DNA of 64,000 bases from contig KZ538349.1 in NCBI GenBank assembly GCA_000934665.2, forward strand, positions 1-64,000, given 5' to 3'. This DNA comes from Catajapyx aquilonaris (taxonomy: Eukaryota). The translations under genes and the position numbers were made by a program. A model generated the notes under the pieces. That model ran no database searches and was not told the origin of the DNA. It was given only the letters and a program-made list of their open reading frames with translations. Shown here piece by piece: positions 21,195-34,577 of the stretch (positions are counted from its first letter, which is position 1; every line of letters begins with the position of its first letter).

Positions 21195-22375
21195 TTTCAT
21201 GCTCTCCTCACCAAATGCACAGTTTGGTCCCTAACGTCCTGACTATACTAGTGGTTCCCAAACTGTGGGTCGCGACTCCCAAGGGGGTCTATCGCCAAAA
21301 TTCCAGACTGGCGGAGACTCTGCAAGTTCACTACCGTGTTGAAGGAGTTGCAGGGGGCTGCTCATAATGCATTAAAGCAACGAAAGTGAACCAGCTTAAT
21401 TTTTCAACATCATTATCTCGCTTACTATACTAGATCTCTATCTACCATTCGTCCGAAATGGCCAGTAGCTGACTCCTTCTCTTTTTTTAAAAAAGTGTTG
21501 GTGTGATCGATTAATACAAAGTGTGTCAATATTAGGAACGATGACCGGCACCTTCTCTTCCTTATTTTTCCACCGCCAGACACCCCACCTTCCTATACCC
21601 CCATCGCCGGATCCTGCCTATTCTTTGTAACGATGATTGGATTGAAAGTCCCCAGGTTGGACATGGCGTTAGACATGGAAAAGGTGGCATCGATTCCGCT
21701 GCTTTGAACCGTATAGGGACCAGTCATGATAAATGCGCAACACTGCATAATATACACTTAGAAACGCAAACCGATTGTTTTTCCTGTGTTTTTCCCCCTC
21801 TCGCTTTCATGTTAATTACTGAGGACAACCAGGTAAACCCTGTGGCAGCAGGTGTGTCAAGCCCAAAGTGGGCTTTGCCCCCGGGGTTCAACCGGAAGAA
21901 GTGCGCGGATATACCAGCTGCCTCTAGGGCCACATGAAAATGAATGAAGCTACAGTGTCGAAGCCATGCAAACTCTCATGCAACAGTACGTATAATTCGC
22001 TCTTTTATGTATGATAATAATATAAAGGAGAAAAGCTGGTTTATGCTGTGTATTTAATGTAGAGCCCAAAAGAAACAGCGCCATGCGCATGTCAGCTTTA
22101 GGATATCAATTTCACGTACGTGAATAAGCGTTGTACTACATGAAAATAAGCTTGTAAGGTCGGATTCAATTGATCAAAGCTTGTTGCTGCCCACTTGCTA
22201 CCTAGCCACACTTACTCAACAACCTCTCACTACAAGTTGGGCTGTTTCATTTAATGATTTTAATACGTTATTCAACCATTGGCCCACTAGTGCACCAAAT
22301 ATCCCAAACTGACAGAATATTTCTCGTCAACTCAACAGGGTGGTGAGTAATTATTATTTCACAGTAGTCAGGTAC

Positions 22376-22606
22376 ACCGAAGCAGGTTGGCATAGTGGAT
22401 ATGGCGTCCGACTGCTAATCGGGAGGTCCTGGGTTCGAATCCCGGGGCCGGCAACCCTGACCGTGGTTTTCTGTGGTTTTCCACGGTCTTTCTAGGATAA
22501 TTCTGGGGTCGCTTCCGTATAATAGGCCACAGCCGCTTCCTTCCTTCCCTATCCCTGGAGGTTAAAAGGCAATGCTGGGCCAACCTCCTTAATATCAATA
22601 TTATAA
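22376..22606 (+). mobile_element. SINE family A with an alternative tail
   Basis: A head plus Lm1-like block, then hairpin GGAGGTT...AACCTCC and TTAA. TSD AGTAG(T/G)CAGGTAC at 22363-22375 and 22607-22619. Confidence 0.85.
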
Positions 22607-22948
22607 AGTAGGCAGGTACCTTATCCTCGAATTTTCCATGGTACGGAGCAATCATGGTCTTCTGACATCAACTTATATCAATTTGACGGAATGGCCTGCT
22701 GGTTAGGCTATCATACCAGAAATTGCGATAACATAAGAGCTGTCTAACCAGCAGGTTACTTCCAACAATTCGGGGGAATTAACCAAAAATTGAATTGCCG
22801 GTATTGGCCGACATACAAACCCCTGCGATAAAAATGGACGTACAGTATTTTGAAGGAATTGCACGACCCACCAATTACAGTACGAGTATAATGACCAAGT
22901 TGAATATGCTTTGAATTGCGCAGATGTGCTGGTATATCGATGAGAGGC

Positions 22949-23312
22949 GGGGAGGTGTGGTGGCCGAGATGGTAACGTCTCGGCTTGCTGAGCGAAAGGT
23001 CCCAGGTTCAATCCTCGCCTGGGATTTCCCTTCCACCTGCGTCGGGAGGGTCTCTGACCTGCACCAAGGAGGTGTCTGGCAACCTAACCTCCTGGGGGAC
23101 TACACATGGCCCAAACGTTTCAGACATTGCACCTGCACAGTGTCCCCTCCCCAACAATCCCTATCACTACCCCATTTCCCGAATTCATTGCACGGTGACT
23201 GAAGAAAAAATGACAAAATTATTCTAAATGGTGGTGATCCACCCTCCTATAAACCCTAATCGGATTATCACGGGGTAATAGAAATAAAAATAAAAATAAT
23301 ATAAATATAAAA
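22949..23312 (+). mobile_element. SINE family C
   Basis: Homologous to the copy at 16728. 13-bp TSD ATCGATGAGAGGC at 22936-22948 and 23313-23325. Confidence 0.92.
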
Positions 23313-23383
23313 ATCGATGAGAGGCTGCGCTTTTTAAGGGTCCGACATCTTGGATTTGAACCGAGGAAGAGAGTGCCGATTAT

Positions 23384-25259
23384 CACTGTTCTGCAAAAAA
23401 AAACACTCACATTCGCTCTTTTGAAAACTGTTATGCGCTCATTATGAATTTTAGGGTGCTGAATCCGAAACAGGCAACAGATTTGCTCCATCACGTACAG
23501 TTTTTGAGATATATCGTTTCAAAACTTTGGGCGGTTTACTAGGGGTCTTTCCGAATCAAGTGGGCCTAAATGTTGTTAGACCGCCTCGGATCTTGGTGAA
23601 AATAATCCCAGATGTACTCAACTATTCCTTAATGCTGCCTATAAAAAATCAGCCATATTGCTCAATACTATGATGAGGGAGAAAATGGCAAACATCTGGA
23701 AATTGCCGAAAATGAGGCCTTTTTTGGAGAATTTCTTTCGGTTAGTGGAAGTGGTCAAACCCAATGAACATATATATCGAAAGGAAGGGAAGCACCATGA
23801 AAATGCGCCTATGGAATTAGTTTTTCTCTAAAATGTAAAAATAAATTTTTATAGCATTTCATTGGTCACTTGATCAGTCACATGCCCAAGAATATAATTA
23901 TTGTGACCTCAACAGCATGTTCTGCAGCAAAATTATCTTCTGGATAAAAGCAGGTGTACTACATAATATAGATTAAGGTGTGCTGAATCCAGATCTGAAG
24001 TCAGAATGGCTCTATCACGTACAGCTTTTGAGAAAACTCAAAATTTGGGAGATACGACGGAAATAAGGGTCGTATCTCCCAAATTATGAGTTTTCTGGAT
24101 TCAGCACACCTTAATCTATACAGGGTGTTTATTGTAACTCTGCAAAGACTTTCAGGGGTAATAGAGGGGACCAAGACAAGTATTTTTGACATAGGAACCC
24201 GTGTCCGGAAACGCCATCTAGAGGGGGTTCATAGACAAGGAAAGGGTGCGCTCAGACGCTTCACGCGGGAGGCGCTTGTCGAGCGGACTGTTGTGTTGAT
24301 AGATGGCGCGCAGTTGTTGCCAGGTTATGTCGTATGGAGTCGTTGTAAGTAAACAGCAACTCGATACGCCATAACCTGGCAACAACAGAACCGCTGTTGA
24401 CTAGCTATCCGCGCGTCTCCTACGAGGCGGACTTTAGTTGCTAGATGGCTCTGCTGTTGCCAGGTTATGGCACATCTCATCATTGGTTACTATCCGAGCG
24501 CCATCTATCAACAAAACAGGTCGCTCGCCTAGCGCCTCTCGCGTGACGCGTCTGAGCGCACCCGTTCCTTGTCTATGAACCCCCTCTAGATGGCGTTTCC
24601 GGACACGGGTTCCGATGTCAAAAATACTTGTCTTGGTCTCCTCTATTACCCCTGAAAGTCTTTGCTGAGTTACAATAAACACCCTGTATAGTACACCTGC
24701 TTTTATGCAAAATATAATTTTGCTGCAGAACATGCTGTTGAGGGGCATGTGACTGATCAAGTGACCAATGAAATGCTATAAAAATTTATTTTTACATTTT
24801 ATAGAAAAACTAATTCCATAGGCTCATTTTCATGGTGCTTCCATTTGTTTCGATATATATGTTCATTGGGTTTGACCACTTCCACTACCGAAAGAAATTC
24901 TCCAAAAAAGGCCTCATTTTCGGCCATTTCCAGATGTTTGCGATTTTCTCCCTATCATAGTATTGAGCAATATGGCTGATTTTTTATAGGCAGCATTAAG
25001 GAATAGTTGAGTACATCTGGGATTATTTTCACCAAGATCCGAGGCGGTCTAACAACATTATTTTAGGCCCACTTGATTCGGAAAGACCTCTAGTAAACCG
25101 CCCAAAGTTTTGAAACGATATATCTCAAAAACTGTACGTGATGGAGCAAATCTGTTGCCGGATTCGGATTCAGCACCCAAAAATCCATAAAGAGCACATA
25201 AAGGATTTCAAATTAGCGACAGAAGTTTTTTTTTTTTTTTTTTTTTTTGCAGAACAGTG
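23384..25259. mobile_element. Large palindromic CACTG-terminated element (Transib/CMC-like) with a 5-bp TSD
   Basis: CACTGTTCTGCAAAA...TTTTGCAGAACAGTG. TSD ATTAT on both sides. Highly similar inverted arms of about 570 bp. Confidence 0.88.
24121..24686. mobile_element. CAGGGTG MITE (same family as 11992) nested near the centre of the CACTG element
   Basis: TA flanks. Arms nearly identical to 11992-12555. Confidence 0.92.
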
Positions 25260-26339
25260 ATTATTATTATCTACACAATCATAAGACCGTATTTGACCCC
25301 AGATAGAAATAGAACGACCATATGCTGGGTTGGCTGTCCAAAACTCATTCTTGATGTGGCTTTACACCTTCCGTCCCCAGCAGGCCGCGACATTCATCTG
25401 ACTTGATGTCAGATTAGTGCAGGTGTTCAACTGGGACTGTCCCCTAGGCGGTCAATTACCAAGGAGGCTACCGTCCCAGTCCCAGGCCTGAGCCAGGTCC
25501 CAATGTCGGTATTGTAAGTCAGCCCCATGGCATCCAATCTATCCTGGTGCTGATACTTGACAATATTCTGGTGTAAGTCTGCAAAGACGGCGGCGCAGGT
25601 TTCAAGGGGAGTTGTGCTGTGCTGTGGGTGGGTGGGTGGGNNNNNNNNNNNNNNNNNNNNNNNNNNNNNNNNNNNNNNNNNNNNNNNNNNNNNNNNGAGG
25701 GGGGGAGGGAGGGAGGGAGGGAGGGAGGGAGAGGGCTATTGATCCGAAATGTGCGCGACTTGTATGTAATCCGCTCATGTGGTTGTGGCTTCTCCTGACT
25801 CGCACCTTCCGCTTCCAACTCCAGTAATGAGATTCATGGCGTAATTCCGAAAGGCCCTGGGTAATATGAAAAGGCCTGTAGACACATGATAAAGGCAACA
25901 TTAGTCAATCTCTGCGCCTCTCTTCCCCTTTACAAATTCTGCCAAGCCAAGGATTGAGCCAGAGCGCGGTTGCCAAACCATCTCCCCCCACCCCACTGCA
26001 AACCTTTCCCATCAACCAACACCTACTCATTTGTCAGTACTCATCTTCACACACACCCCCAGTCTTAACCACGTATGCTTACCCACACCTACTTGTTCCA
26101 GTCAACGGCAATGGTCAACTGTTAGTCTTGCTCTTTGCATGTTATTTAGCGACCTATATTACTATCACCTGGTGACATACATCTCTATACAGACGACGCA
26201 TGGGGGTAGGCTCATTCTGTTGCTGAATGACTTGAACGAGTTTTGTACTGTAAATTACTTATTAAAAGGCAATAATGGCAGAATGAGACGTTCCGAGGTA
26301 TTAGATTTGCGTCTTGTATGGCTTGGTGTGCACACAAGA

Positions 26340-26670
26340 GCAAAACAATGATTTGGCTAGTGTTAACATGACAAGTGCTACCGAATACAAAATATTTTTG
26401 TTTCCTCACCGACTACCTCGGTATAACAGCACGAGATATGCAATACTTGTCGATGTTACTGCAATATGTGTGTAAAAGCATCATTATAAACCTAAACCTA
26501 TAGTACAACGCATTTATCAGGGCTATAAATACAGTCCGTGTGTGACAAATGGACCCTTGTTAAGGTTTATCCAGAGCCACCTGCAGGAAATTGTCAGGAA
26601 TCGTTCATTTCGGATCAGGAACGGAGACCTAGACTGTGAGGAAGAAGGGCCAATCAAAAATTCGTTTGTA
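26340..26670 (+). pseudogene. Decayed LINE reverse-transcriptase fragment (I/Jockey-group-like)
   Basis: YAILVDV and GPLLRFIQSHL...RNRSFRIRNGD resemble the RT motifs AVFxDxxKA and GxLLxFIxSFLxNRSFxVRxG. Broken frames. Confidence 0.5.
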
Positions 26671-27059
26671 TCCAGTACTCATCGGATTCCATGGCCATCT
26701 AAAGCAATGCATGCAAGTCCCCTAGCATTCCAAAAGTCACGCCTAGTTATTTTTTCACGTAAATACATGCCTGGATGTGGTGATTATTAGGGTGGTTTCA
26801 GAACAGTGGCACATGGTCAGTTCGTAAGCCACTTTCCTGCCGGTGAAAATGCCACAATGTTATTTCGGGCAGCAGACGCCTTTGTTGCTGTAACTCAAAA
26901 CTCACATAACTCACTTTGGGGGCAAACGGACATGGGAAGTGTGGGCAAACGGACACGCTCCAAAGTACATGGTACTAATGGACACTTTCAAATTTTGAAG
27001 GAAAAATAAATGTCCAGCAGACTATATACACTTAATTTAACATCCCCATGATGTGTATA

Positions 27060-27780
27060 CATGGTGTCCCTTACTAGTCGCCCCAACGAACCAGCTGGAT
27101 TTTTCTGCCCCCTCAACCTAGAAACATGGTGTTCGGTTTAAAAGTGACCTGAGTTCATGAGAATGTAGCGCCTTTCACAATAAATGCTGGAATTGATCTT
27201 CAGCGACCTCTATACGCAATCGACCGTAACGGGACGAGACGCGAATCTCCTTATTATCAAAGGTCCTCCCCTGCATATCGACATTAATAGTCCAGATTGC
27301 TTCGCCAAGTGTTTTGGACCAATACAGTGGCAGATGACCTCCTTTAGAATAAGAAAAATCGAACAAGTCAAGTACAGCCTGCTGGCATCACCGAAAAAGT
27401 CACTATGACGCGTTTGTCACAAGAAACTGGATATTCCGTTTTTACCTGCCAAAAAGCAGCAAATGGGGATATTTGAAGAATTGTGATTACAACAATAAGC
27501 CTTGAAGTTAGAAGACTGGGAAAGCAACATACGTAAGTGCAGCAATTCATACTGTTGATGTCAATATGCTGGGGAGGACCTTCGCTATACGATAAGGAGA
27601 TTCACGTACCGTCGTGTTCGAGTACCTATAGAGGTCACTGAAGATCAATTCCAGCAATAATTATTGTGAATGGTGCTACATTCCCATGAGCTAAGGTACA
27701 TTTTAAATCAAACCTCCTCATATTTTTAGGAAGAAAAATACAGCTGGTTCTTTTGGGGGACTACTTAGTGAAACACCCTG
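27060..27780. mobile_element. Diverged Tc1/mariner-type palindromic MITE
   Basis: TA-CATGGTG...CACCCTG-TA. Degenerate inverted arms of about 230 bp (TGCTGGAATTGATCTTCAG mirrored). Confidence 0.8.
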
Positions 27781-28147
27781 TATTTTGTGACGTGCTATTC
27801 TTGCAGAATAGTGAGAAATCGGACACTTTCCTCTACTCGCTCAGTGTTCGTGGGATACCGAATGTCTATATGGACCGAGATATCTTCTGCAAAGACGTTC
27901 TCTGTGCCAGGCAACACTCTTCGACATTAAATTCCACAATCTTATTTAATTTTTTCATGCCTAAATGTAGGTGTCTGTTTGTCCCCAGGCGGGACAAACG
28001 GACCGGCTTGCATTGTTTCAAAAAAAGCTTTATGTTGCTTCAACAACTAACACCAGTGTAACAACCAAGTAGGGGTAGATACTGCACATTCTAAGGTAAC
28101 TATACGACAGTCCAGTTGCAAAACCATGGCCACAAGAGCAATAATTT

Positions 28148-28470
28148 TAGGGGAGGCGGGAGTGGCGCAACGGTAACGTTCGCGCCCACGGATGTTAAGG
28201 TCCCGGGTTCGATCCCAACCCGGGGACCCCCCTTCATCTCGTGCAGAGTAATGTGTCTTCTCTGACTTCGTCTCGGGTGGAATATCCACAGACTAATCCA
28301 CCCGGGGGAGCTCACAAAACGACCACATGCGGACAAGGCACTGCACTTGCACATCCCCTCCTGGCATCCCTTCCTGCCCGTGGGCCCGGGCGCTGTATAA
28401 ATAGGATCCAATTGTATTCTGACGATTAATAAAGGTCCGGCAAGACCCCAATAGCCTATACCCAATTATT

Positions 28471-28511
<41 letters not shown>
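28148..28511 (+). mobile_element. SINE family D, full length
   Basis: B box GGTTCGATCCC, structured core, (ATT)n tail. 14-bp TSD AAGAGCAATAATTT at 28134-28147 and 28512-28525. Confidence 0.9.
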
Positions 28512-29216
28512 AAGAGCAATAATTTCCTTAAGGTGTCCGTTTGCCACACACTGACTGTATGCTTGATCACCAGAGTTAGGGCTGTATCTGCTAACTGGTG
28601 ATCTTTCTTTTTTGTAGGGCGATTTTTCCGCTTTCTTGTTCGCTGGTTGAGGACTTGAACCATCCCTTCCATGGCCGTGACTATTCAGAAGCGGTTCAGG
28701 CACTGTTAAACACGGCCAGGAGTCACTCATGAATATTGCCAGAAACTGTCCCCGTAACTTCAACAACAACTGCAGCAACTTGGAAGTAGCGAGCAGCAGT
28801 CACTTGAAACATGATAAGGTAGTTCACGAGAGGGGAAGACGCCCTCGAGACACGGTCAAGATGACGTAAGTACAACTCCGGCCGACTTCCTACTACGTTG
28901 GAGTATGTTGAGCGTAGCCAAGACGTCTTCGCGACCACTTCCAGACCGCCTCTGCCCCTCTCGTGTCAAACAAGTTACAAGCATTTAGGCACCATTGACT
29001 GCGTGTAGGATGTTTCCAACTGGACTTGTGTAGGTGAAACGCTTCGCTTTATAATATCGCGATATTTTTATGGCCATGCAGTATTTCTTTTGGTATGAGG
29101 ACGAATCGAAATGCCGATGGAATGGGAAGCTGTGCAACACCAACCCCAAATTGTACTGTATAGAACAGCCCAAGGACGCATTCATCCGTCTGGTCAGCGT
29201 CAGTATGGCCACGAAA

Positions 29217-29660
29217 TACTGAAGCAGTAGTGGTGGAGTGGATATGGTGTTCGACTGCTAATCGGGAGGTCCTGGGTTCGAGTCCCGGGGTCGGCAATCC
29301 TAACCGTGGTTTTCTGTGGTTTCCCACGGTCCCCCCCGGAGAATTCCGGGATTGCTTCCTAAATAATAGGCCACAGCCGATTCCTTCCTTTCCTATCCTT
29401 GTTCCGTCCATGAGGAGGTGCGGTGTCGGTGGGGGTTTTCTGACCCGCATTTAGGGGATCATCTTGGCAAACGGGCACACGACCCCCAACTTGAGACATT
29501 GCACCTGCACCAGTGTCCCNTCCCCCCCCCCCCCTCATTATCCCTATCCTGTCCCCTTGCACCGGAGGAAAGAAACATAGTACAAGAAAAGCGATGGTGG
29601 TGTACCACCCCCCAACAGGGCCTATGTAGGCCTATCACGGGGTAAAACTAATAATAAAAC

Positions 29661-29712
<52 letters not shown>
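29217..29712 (+). mobile_element. SINE family A, long form, with (AAT)n tail
   Basis: Homologous to 351-810. TSD approximately ATGG(C/T)CACGAA. Confidence 0.9.
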
Positions 29713-29716
<4 letters not shown>

Positions 29717-30249
29717 GTCACGAAGTGAGCTTTTTGTCCGATACACTGCTTGTCCTCCTTTTGTGAGGCAAATACACAAGTAAGCTTGCCGGAAGAGTGT
29801 GCTTATTTACGTCACACTCGAGTGTTTTGATTGACGTTACATGAATGAGAGTGTACATAAGCATGGGTTAATGAGTTAATAAGGGACCAAAAAATAAATA
29901 AGGGCTGGGAGTGGGGAGTGGAATGGAGGGTTTAGACCTGTACGTAATAACGTGACAATGAAAATTAATTTTATCTAAAGCCACCCACACTTGAAGATTT
30001 GTATCATAACAATGAATTTTTAAAACGTTATAAACATGTCACTGGAAAAAAGCTGCCGCCTCTACGTAATATGCACATAGATTTGCAGTGAAATCGCAGT
30101 ATGCAACCTCATTGTACTCGATTCCCATCTGAGGTAGACTTGGTTCAATCGACTCTAGTCAGGTATATACGTGGAAATATGACTATTTAAAAATTCAGGA
30201 ACAAATACACGCTAAAAATCCCAACACTCTTCTCTATATCAATCGATTT

Positions 30250-31600
30250 CGATAGCTATCAGAGCTTAGCATAAGAGTCATCAGACATTCCTCGAGGAAT
30301 CTTCTTCGGATGCAACTGGCATAAGGACGGTGGCACAGCGGCACAGGAATATGGATAGAGGAAGGAGGCGAAAAAAAATACGCGTGGCCTAGGTCTATTC
30401 CTCAGAGACCACAGAGCACTGTTGTCCCACTTCTGCACCAAGTGCTCAATTCGATTGTCTCCAACAATGCTTAACGAGAAATTCTGTAGGTGTATATTGG
30501 ACGTCTTGTCCAGCAGTGGGACAGGTGGTCTTGGAAACTACACTTGAATGAACCATTCACTCCAAGACATCATCGGTTCATTTTTTTTGCCGCCTCTCTC
30601 TACATCCCATAACACTGTGTGACACCTGATAAAGCCGAGGGTATAGCAAGATGGTGTAATTTTGGAAATATCTTGTGGCTCTCCTGCCACTCAAATGTCA
30701 ACCAAATTTGGTCCATGGTAGCTGGATTTATCGACATTTTTGGCACATTGTTCCTAAATTTCTTAATAACCATATACTCACGTAGCTGCCTGCTTCCTTC
30801 CATGTAAATGACTCTGGTAGCTTATTTTCCAAACGGATGTCCGATTCTTACCCGAGTTCTCCCAACCTCAGTTGTAGGAGTTATGGCTGCAGTCCTTCTG
30901 CAAGATCTCCCTGCCCATCTTCGCTATACGAACTCCTTCCTTTGAATGTGAGTTTGTGAGACGCCGCCGGTCCTGTCCTACTCAGTGAGGCCTAATTGAT
31001 GGGCAACCCGTAAGTGAGGATTTTCACCAAGAAATTTGCCGAGAGGAGTTCGCAAAGAAGATAATAACATGAGGCGTCTTCTCCCAAGGTGAGCACTGTT
31101 AGTAGTCTAGTCCTCCCATATCGAGGATGGAACTTTTTCTCTCCCTTTTTCTACAGAAGACCACCTGCAATTCAGCTTTGTGGAGGATTGTCACTGCAGA
31201 TTTCCTACACCGGAAAATGAACCTCCTTTCAACTATAAGGGATAAAAGCAGACCCTAGGGATCATTTCACCGCAGGCTTACTCTGATGGTATAGGTTCTT
31301 AGTTCGGTGCCTGAGGGATTTTCAGAGAAGAGTCCTCACTCCAGTATATTGCCCCATCCCACCCTGTCCTATCCCGAAATCGAACAGGTGAAAATCTCCC
31401 ATCCATTCGGAAGAAATCTAACAATGCAAAGGGTTAGTCTAGTCACTCGCTCAAATGGTGTACTGGACTGATGCCTCCAAATGAATAGGTGGAGATGTCC
31501 AGCACATATACGATCATCGTGCATCAAACTCAGTAAGTAATATTTCTGACATGCAAGGTGCTGTTTTTTTTTAATTATCTGGATTTCAAAAATCATTCGT
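30250..31600 (-). pseudogene. Highly decayed I-group LINE ORF2 3' part (post-RT, RNase H, CCHC region)
   Basis: Colinear remnants on the minus strand: LFIWRH...LCIVRFLPNGW, RVDGAIYWSEDSSLK, TNSHSKEGV (RNase H TDGSK-like), VLCGL..LGH, PLC...FLEEC. Many stops and frameshifts. Confidence 0.45.
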
Positions 31601-31664
31601 GATACAAAATCTGGGATGCCTACAACTAATAATAATTCCAATCTAACAAATAATGTATTACGCA

Positions 31665-31704
<40 letters not shown>

Positions 31705-31884
31705 CATAACTAGCAGACACTCTGCCTGATAAAAATGCTGTATTACTAGTTACGAAGAAGACGATTTAATTCAGCCCCTTCCCGGAAGGGAGGATTCCAA
31801 CTTTAGAAGTTACTAACATCAGTTGACTATACAGTAGGCATATTAGTCGAGACACTAGCATTGCTGGTTCTGAATAAACTCCAT

Positions 31885-32237
31885 AGGGGAGGTGTAGATG
31901 GCCGAGATGGTAACGTCTCGGCTTGCTGAGTGAAAGGCCCCAGGTTCGATCCCCGCCTGGGGAACTTTCCTTTCACCTGCGTCAGGAGGGTCTCTGACCT
32001 GCACCAAGGAGGTGTCTGGCAACCTAACCTCCTGGGGAACAGCACATGACCCCTTTACCGACATTGCACTTGGACCTATGTTCCCTCCCCAAAATCCCTA
32101 CCCCTACCCTACATCCTAGACTCCTTGCACCGGTGCATGAAGTTAAACGGAGAGAAAATGATGGTATCCCACCCCCTAAAAAGGCTAAGCCTTAGCACGG
32201 GGTAACGTAAAAAAATAAATAAATAAATAAATAAATA
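31885..32237 (+). mobile_element. SINE family C with (AAAT)n tail
   Basis: Homologous to the copies at 16728 and 22949. TSD approximately AAACT(C/T)CATA. Confidence 0.9.
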
Positions 32238-32365
32238 AAACTTCATATAAATTTATTGTCGGGGAGCAAAATTTCTCTGACGCATCTCTGTGGCTGGGAT
32301 CGAAATTCAAATGTACACTATAGCCTACTGCATTCCTCATGTCTCGCACCTTTGACGCTACGAAC

Positions 32366-32671
32366 CAGCCCTACGCAACTCCCTATCTAGTCCTGTGTTC
32401 ACGGTAGTTGAATATACGTAAAAGTCTCCCCCAGCCTGAAATTTAGCGCTGGCGCTGCCACACGGGTCCCACAGGCATGGTGTGGTTCGGGTGGCTGACT
32501 GGCGATCTGTGAATTCCTTCCGGACCCAGCTGCAGTGGAAAGCATGGTTCGGATTGGTTCAGGCGTCCGCGAGCGGCCGCCCCAACCACAACATCCCTGT
32601 GGGCATGCGCCAGCGCCGCGGACGGAGACTTTTATATTCAACTACCGTATCGTATGAGTTGCGGGGGGCTG
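32366..32671. mobile_element. Palindromic MITE related to 18609-21363
   Basis: ACGGTAGTTGAATAT..AAAAGTCTCC mirrored by GGAGACTTTTATATTCAACTACCGT. Confidence 0.7.
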
Positions 32672-32686
32672 CTACGAACTCTAGAG

Positions 32687-32857
32687 CAGCGGTTCTTAAC
32701 CTGGGGTGCGAGGTGGCTCACCTAGGGGTACGAGCAAGGTGCACCTCTGGACCGAGTCTAACTATGAACTTAATCAATCACCCCTGGTATAGGGAGTTCG
32801 ACAAGGACCAACTGTCTTCATAGGGGCACGGAGGCCCGAAAAGGTTAAGAACCCCTG
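32687..32857. mobile_element. hAT (Charlie-like) MITE
   Basis: CAGCGGTTCTTAACCT...AGGTTAAGAACCCCTG. Imperfect 8-bp TSD CTCTAGAG/CTGTAGAC. Confidence 0.8.
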
Positions 32858-34577
32858 CTGTAGACTCTAAGACGAACAATACAAATCAGTCACCTGATAT
32901 AGCTGAATGCATCTTGAAAACACTTTTCATGCGGGTTTAGGCGCGTGTGGCTATTCTTCAATTCGACCAGAGAGATTTTCAGGGTGATCAAATTCATATT
33001 GGCTTTGACTCGTGTGCAATGGAGACTTGAAAATGTGATATTTTTATTCAACGTGGCATAGTTGGACATAGGCTTTAATTACTCCAACTATCCCTATCAT
33101 CCCTTCCCCCTTTCGCTTCTTTCCTCCGTCCAACCAGGGCCACGTCCAGTGAAATGTCTCCAAGTTGTCTTCTCCAGCCCGCCTTCCTTCCATTCTAACG
33201 ACTAACAACTCCCAACAAAGTTACCGCCACTAGGTAGAGAAAGAAAATGATGAGAAAGAAGGCGTACCAAAATGGGTTTTAAAAATATGGGGATATAACA
33301 GCCTCCATGAATTAATTTTGTCACTTTACCAGGAGAATCCAAGAATAAAATAACTCATCCGAACGTCAATGATGTCAGCCGTTAATAACTGTTGGTTCGA
33401 TATCAAAGATGATAAATTACTTTCTGTAGCCGAAGACTTATCCACAAATGTATAAGTAACCATACACATTATCATTACTATTATGCTCAAAAATGATTAT
33501 TATCGATCGACGTACTTGGTCGAAGAAGGCTATTTATTTCAGACTCAAAATGTGCAACATCGATATATAGTCTATCCTATTTGCGGACAAAACGAATGAA
33601 AACTGAAATCAAAATCGCAGCATCCTTTTGTCTCGTCCATTATCGCATGTCCACTGATCAAGCGGTGAATCATTTTAGTGTCCAAATGTTTTTTCTTGCC
33701 TAACTGCAGCTGCACAGAATTCTACATCAGGATATAGGTCTCGATCACCACAACACAAAGCATAGTAGACAGTTGACGGCACAACTTTACAAGGATGACA
33801 ATCATAATTAAATGTGAAATTATCAAGATCAAAAGATGAATACACTGGTGAAGAGTGGATGTCGGGTTGCACTATTACTGGTGACACACCTAGATGGGTA
33901 AAGCGATTGGTATCATAATTATGACGTTCACACACAGCAGAGAAGAAAAAACAATGGCCATTTCACACCTAATCCGACATTTCCATGGAAGTTGACCCTA
34001 CCGCCAAGTGTCATAACTGGGATTGCAATTCCCACTTTACTGATGGGAAAATGGTGTATTTTGCATTAGTACTGACAGCTCCATAAAAATTCACCAAAAA
34101 TCGGATTATCAAACAATCAATGAGACAATCCACTAGATATTCGAATAATTGAGAGGGGAAACTGCAAGCGACATTTTGATTCTCCCCTTCCTGCTTAATT
34201 TTGATGTCATTCGGAATGAAAGTTAATACGAGTCACGGCTGATTCCGACTTATTCCGAACAACAACCGCACAGTGCTCCAGAATATTTAAATAGCCGGAC
34301 ATAAATAGATTTTTAAACGTTGTAATGCAATGTCATTATTTGGTCCAATATGTTCTTAGATAATGTCTTCATGCTGTATAGTATACATAATTTGACCCGT
34401 ATGTATTCATAGGTGTGTGTGCAGCTTCCCAAAACCTATGGAAATTTTGCTTCAATTAAAACTGGAATCAGTTTCAGCTGCATCAGATACAATATATTGC
34501 TCTCAGATACCCTTGAGCCTCTGCAGTCAAAAAGCGGCGCAGCTGCAGCACATTTTCAAGTTTCAACGGCTTCGCAG

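Larger units (their letters stand above)
18784..21245. mobile_element. TAG...CTA-terminated TIR element (possibly Academ-like) with internal repeats of about 320 bp
   Basis: TAGTCAAGATGTCAAGGGAC...TGTGCATTTGGTGAGGAGAGCATGAAA mirrored at 21195-21245. Internal unit repeated at 19120 and 19440 and inverted at ~18840-18945. TSD not seen. Confidence 0.65.
18609..21363. mobile_element. Old palindromic MITE (outer shell of a four-level nest)
   Basis: Left arm GAGCAGCCCCCTG...ACGGTAGTT..AGTCTCCGCCA and right arm TGGCGGAGACT..ACTACCGT..CAGGGGGCTGCTC. An uninterrupted relative lies at 32366-32671. Confidence 0.6.

Noticed and set aside
25641..25695. N run between G-rich repeats
   Set aside because: Assembly or sequencing gap, not a biological feature.
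31977..32072. HDV-like or hammerhead ribozyme in the SINE core
   Set aside because: The topology resembles HDV P1/P2/P4 but has no P3/L3/P1.1. No CUGANGA...GAAA hammerhead core was seen, so it is not called as a known ribozyme.
33675..33960. Possible host exon on the minus strand
   Set aside because: No convincing splice sites or recognisable domain.
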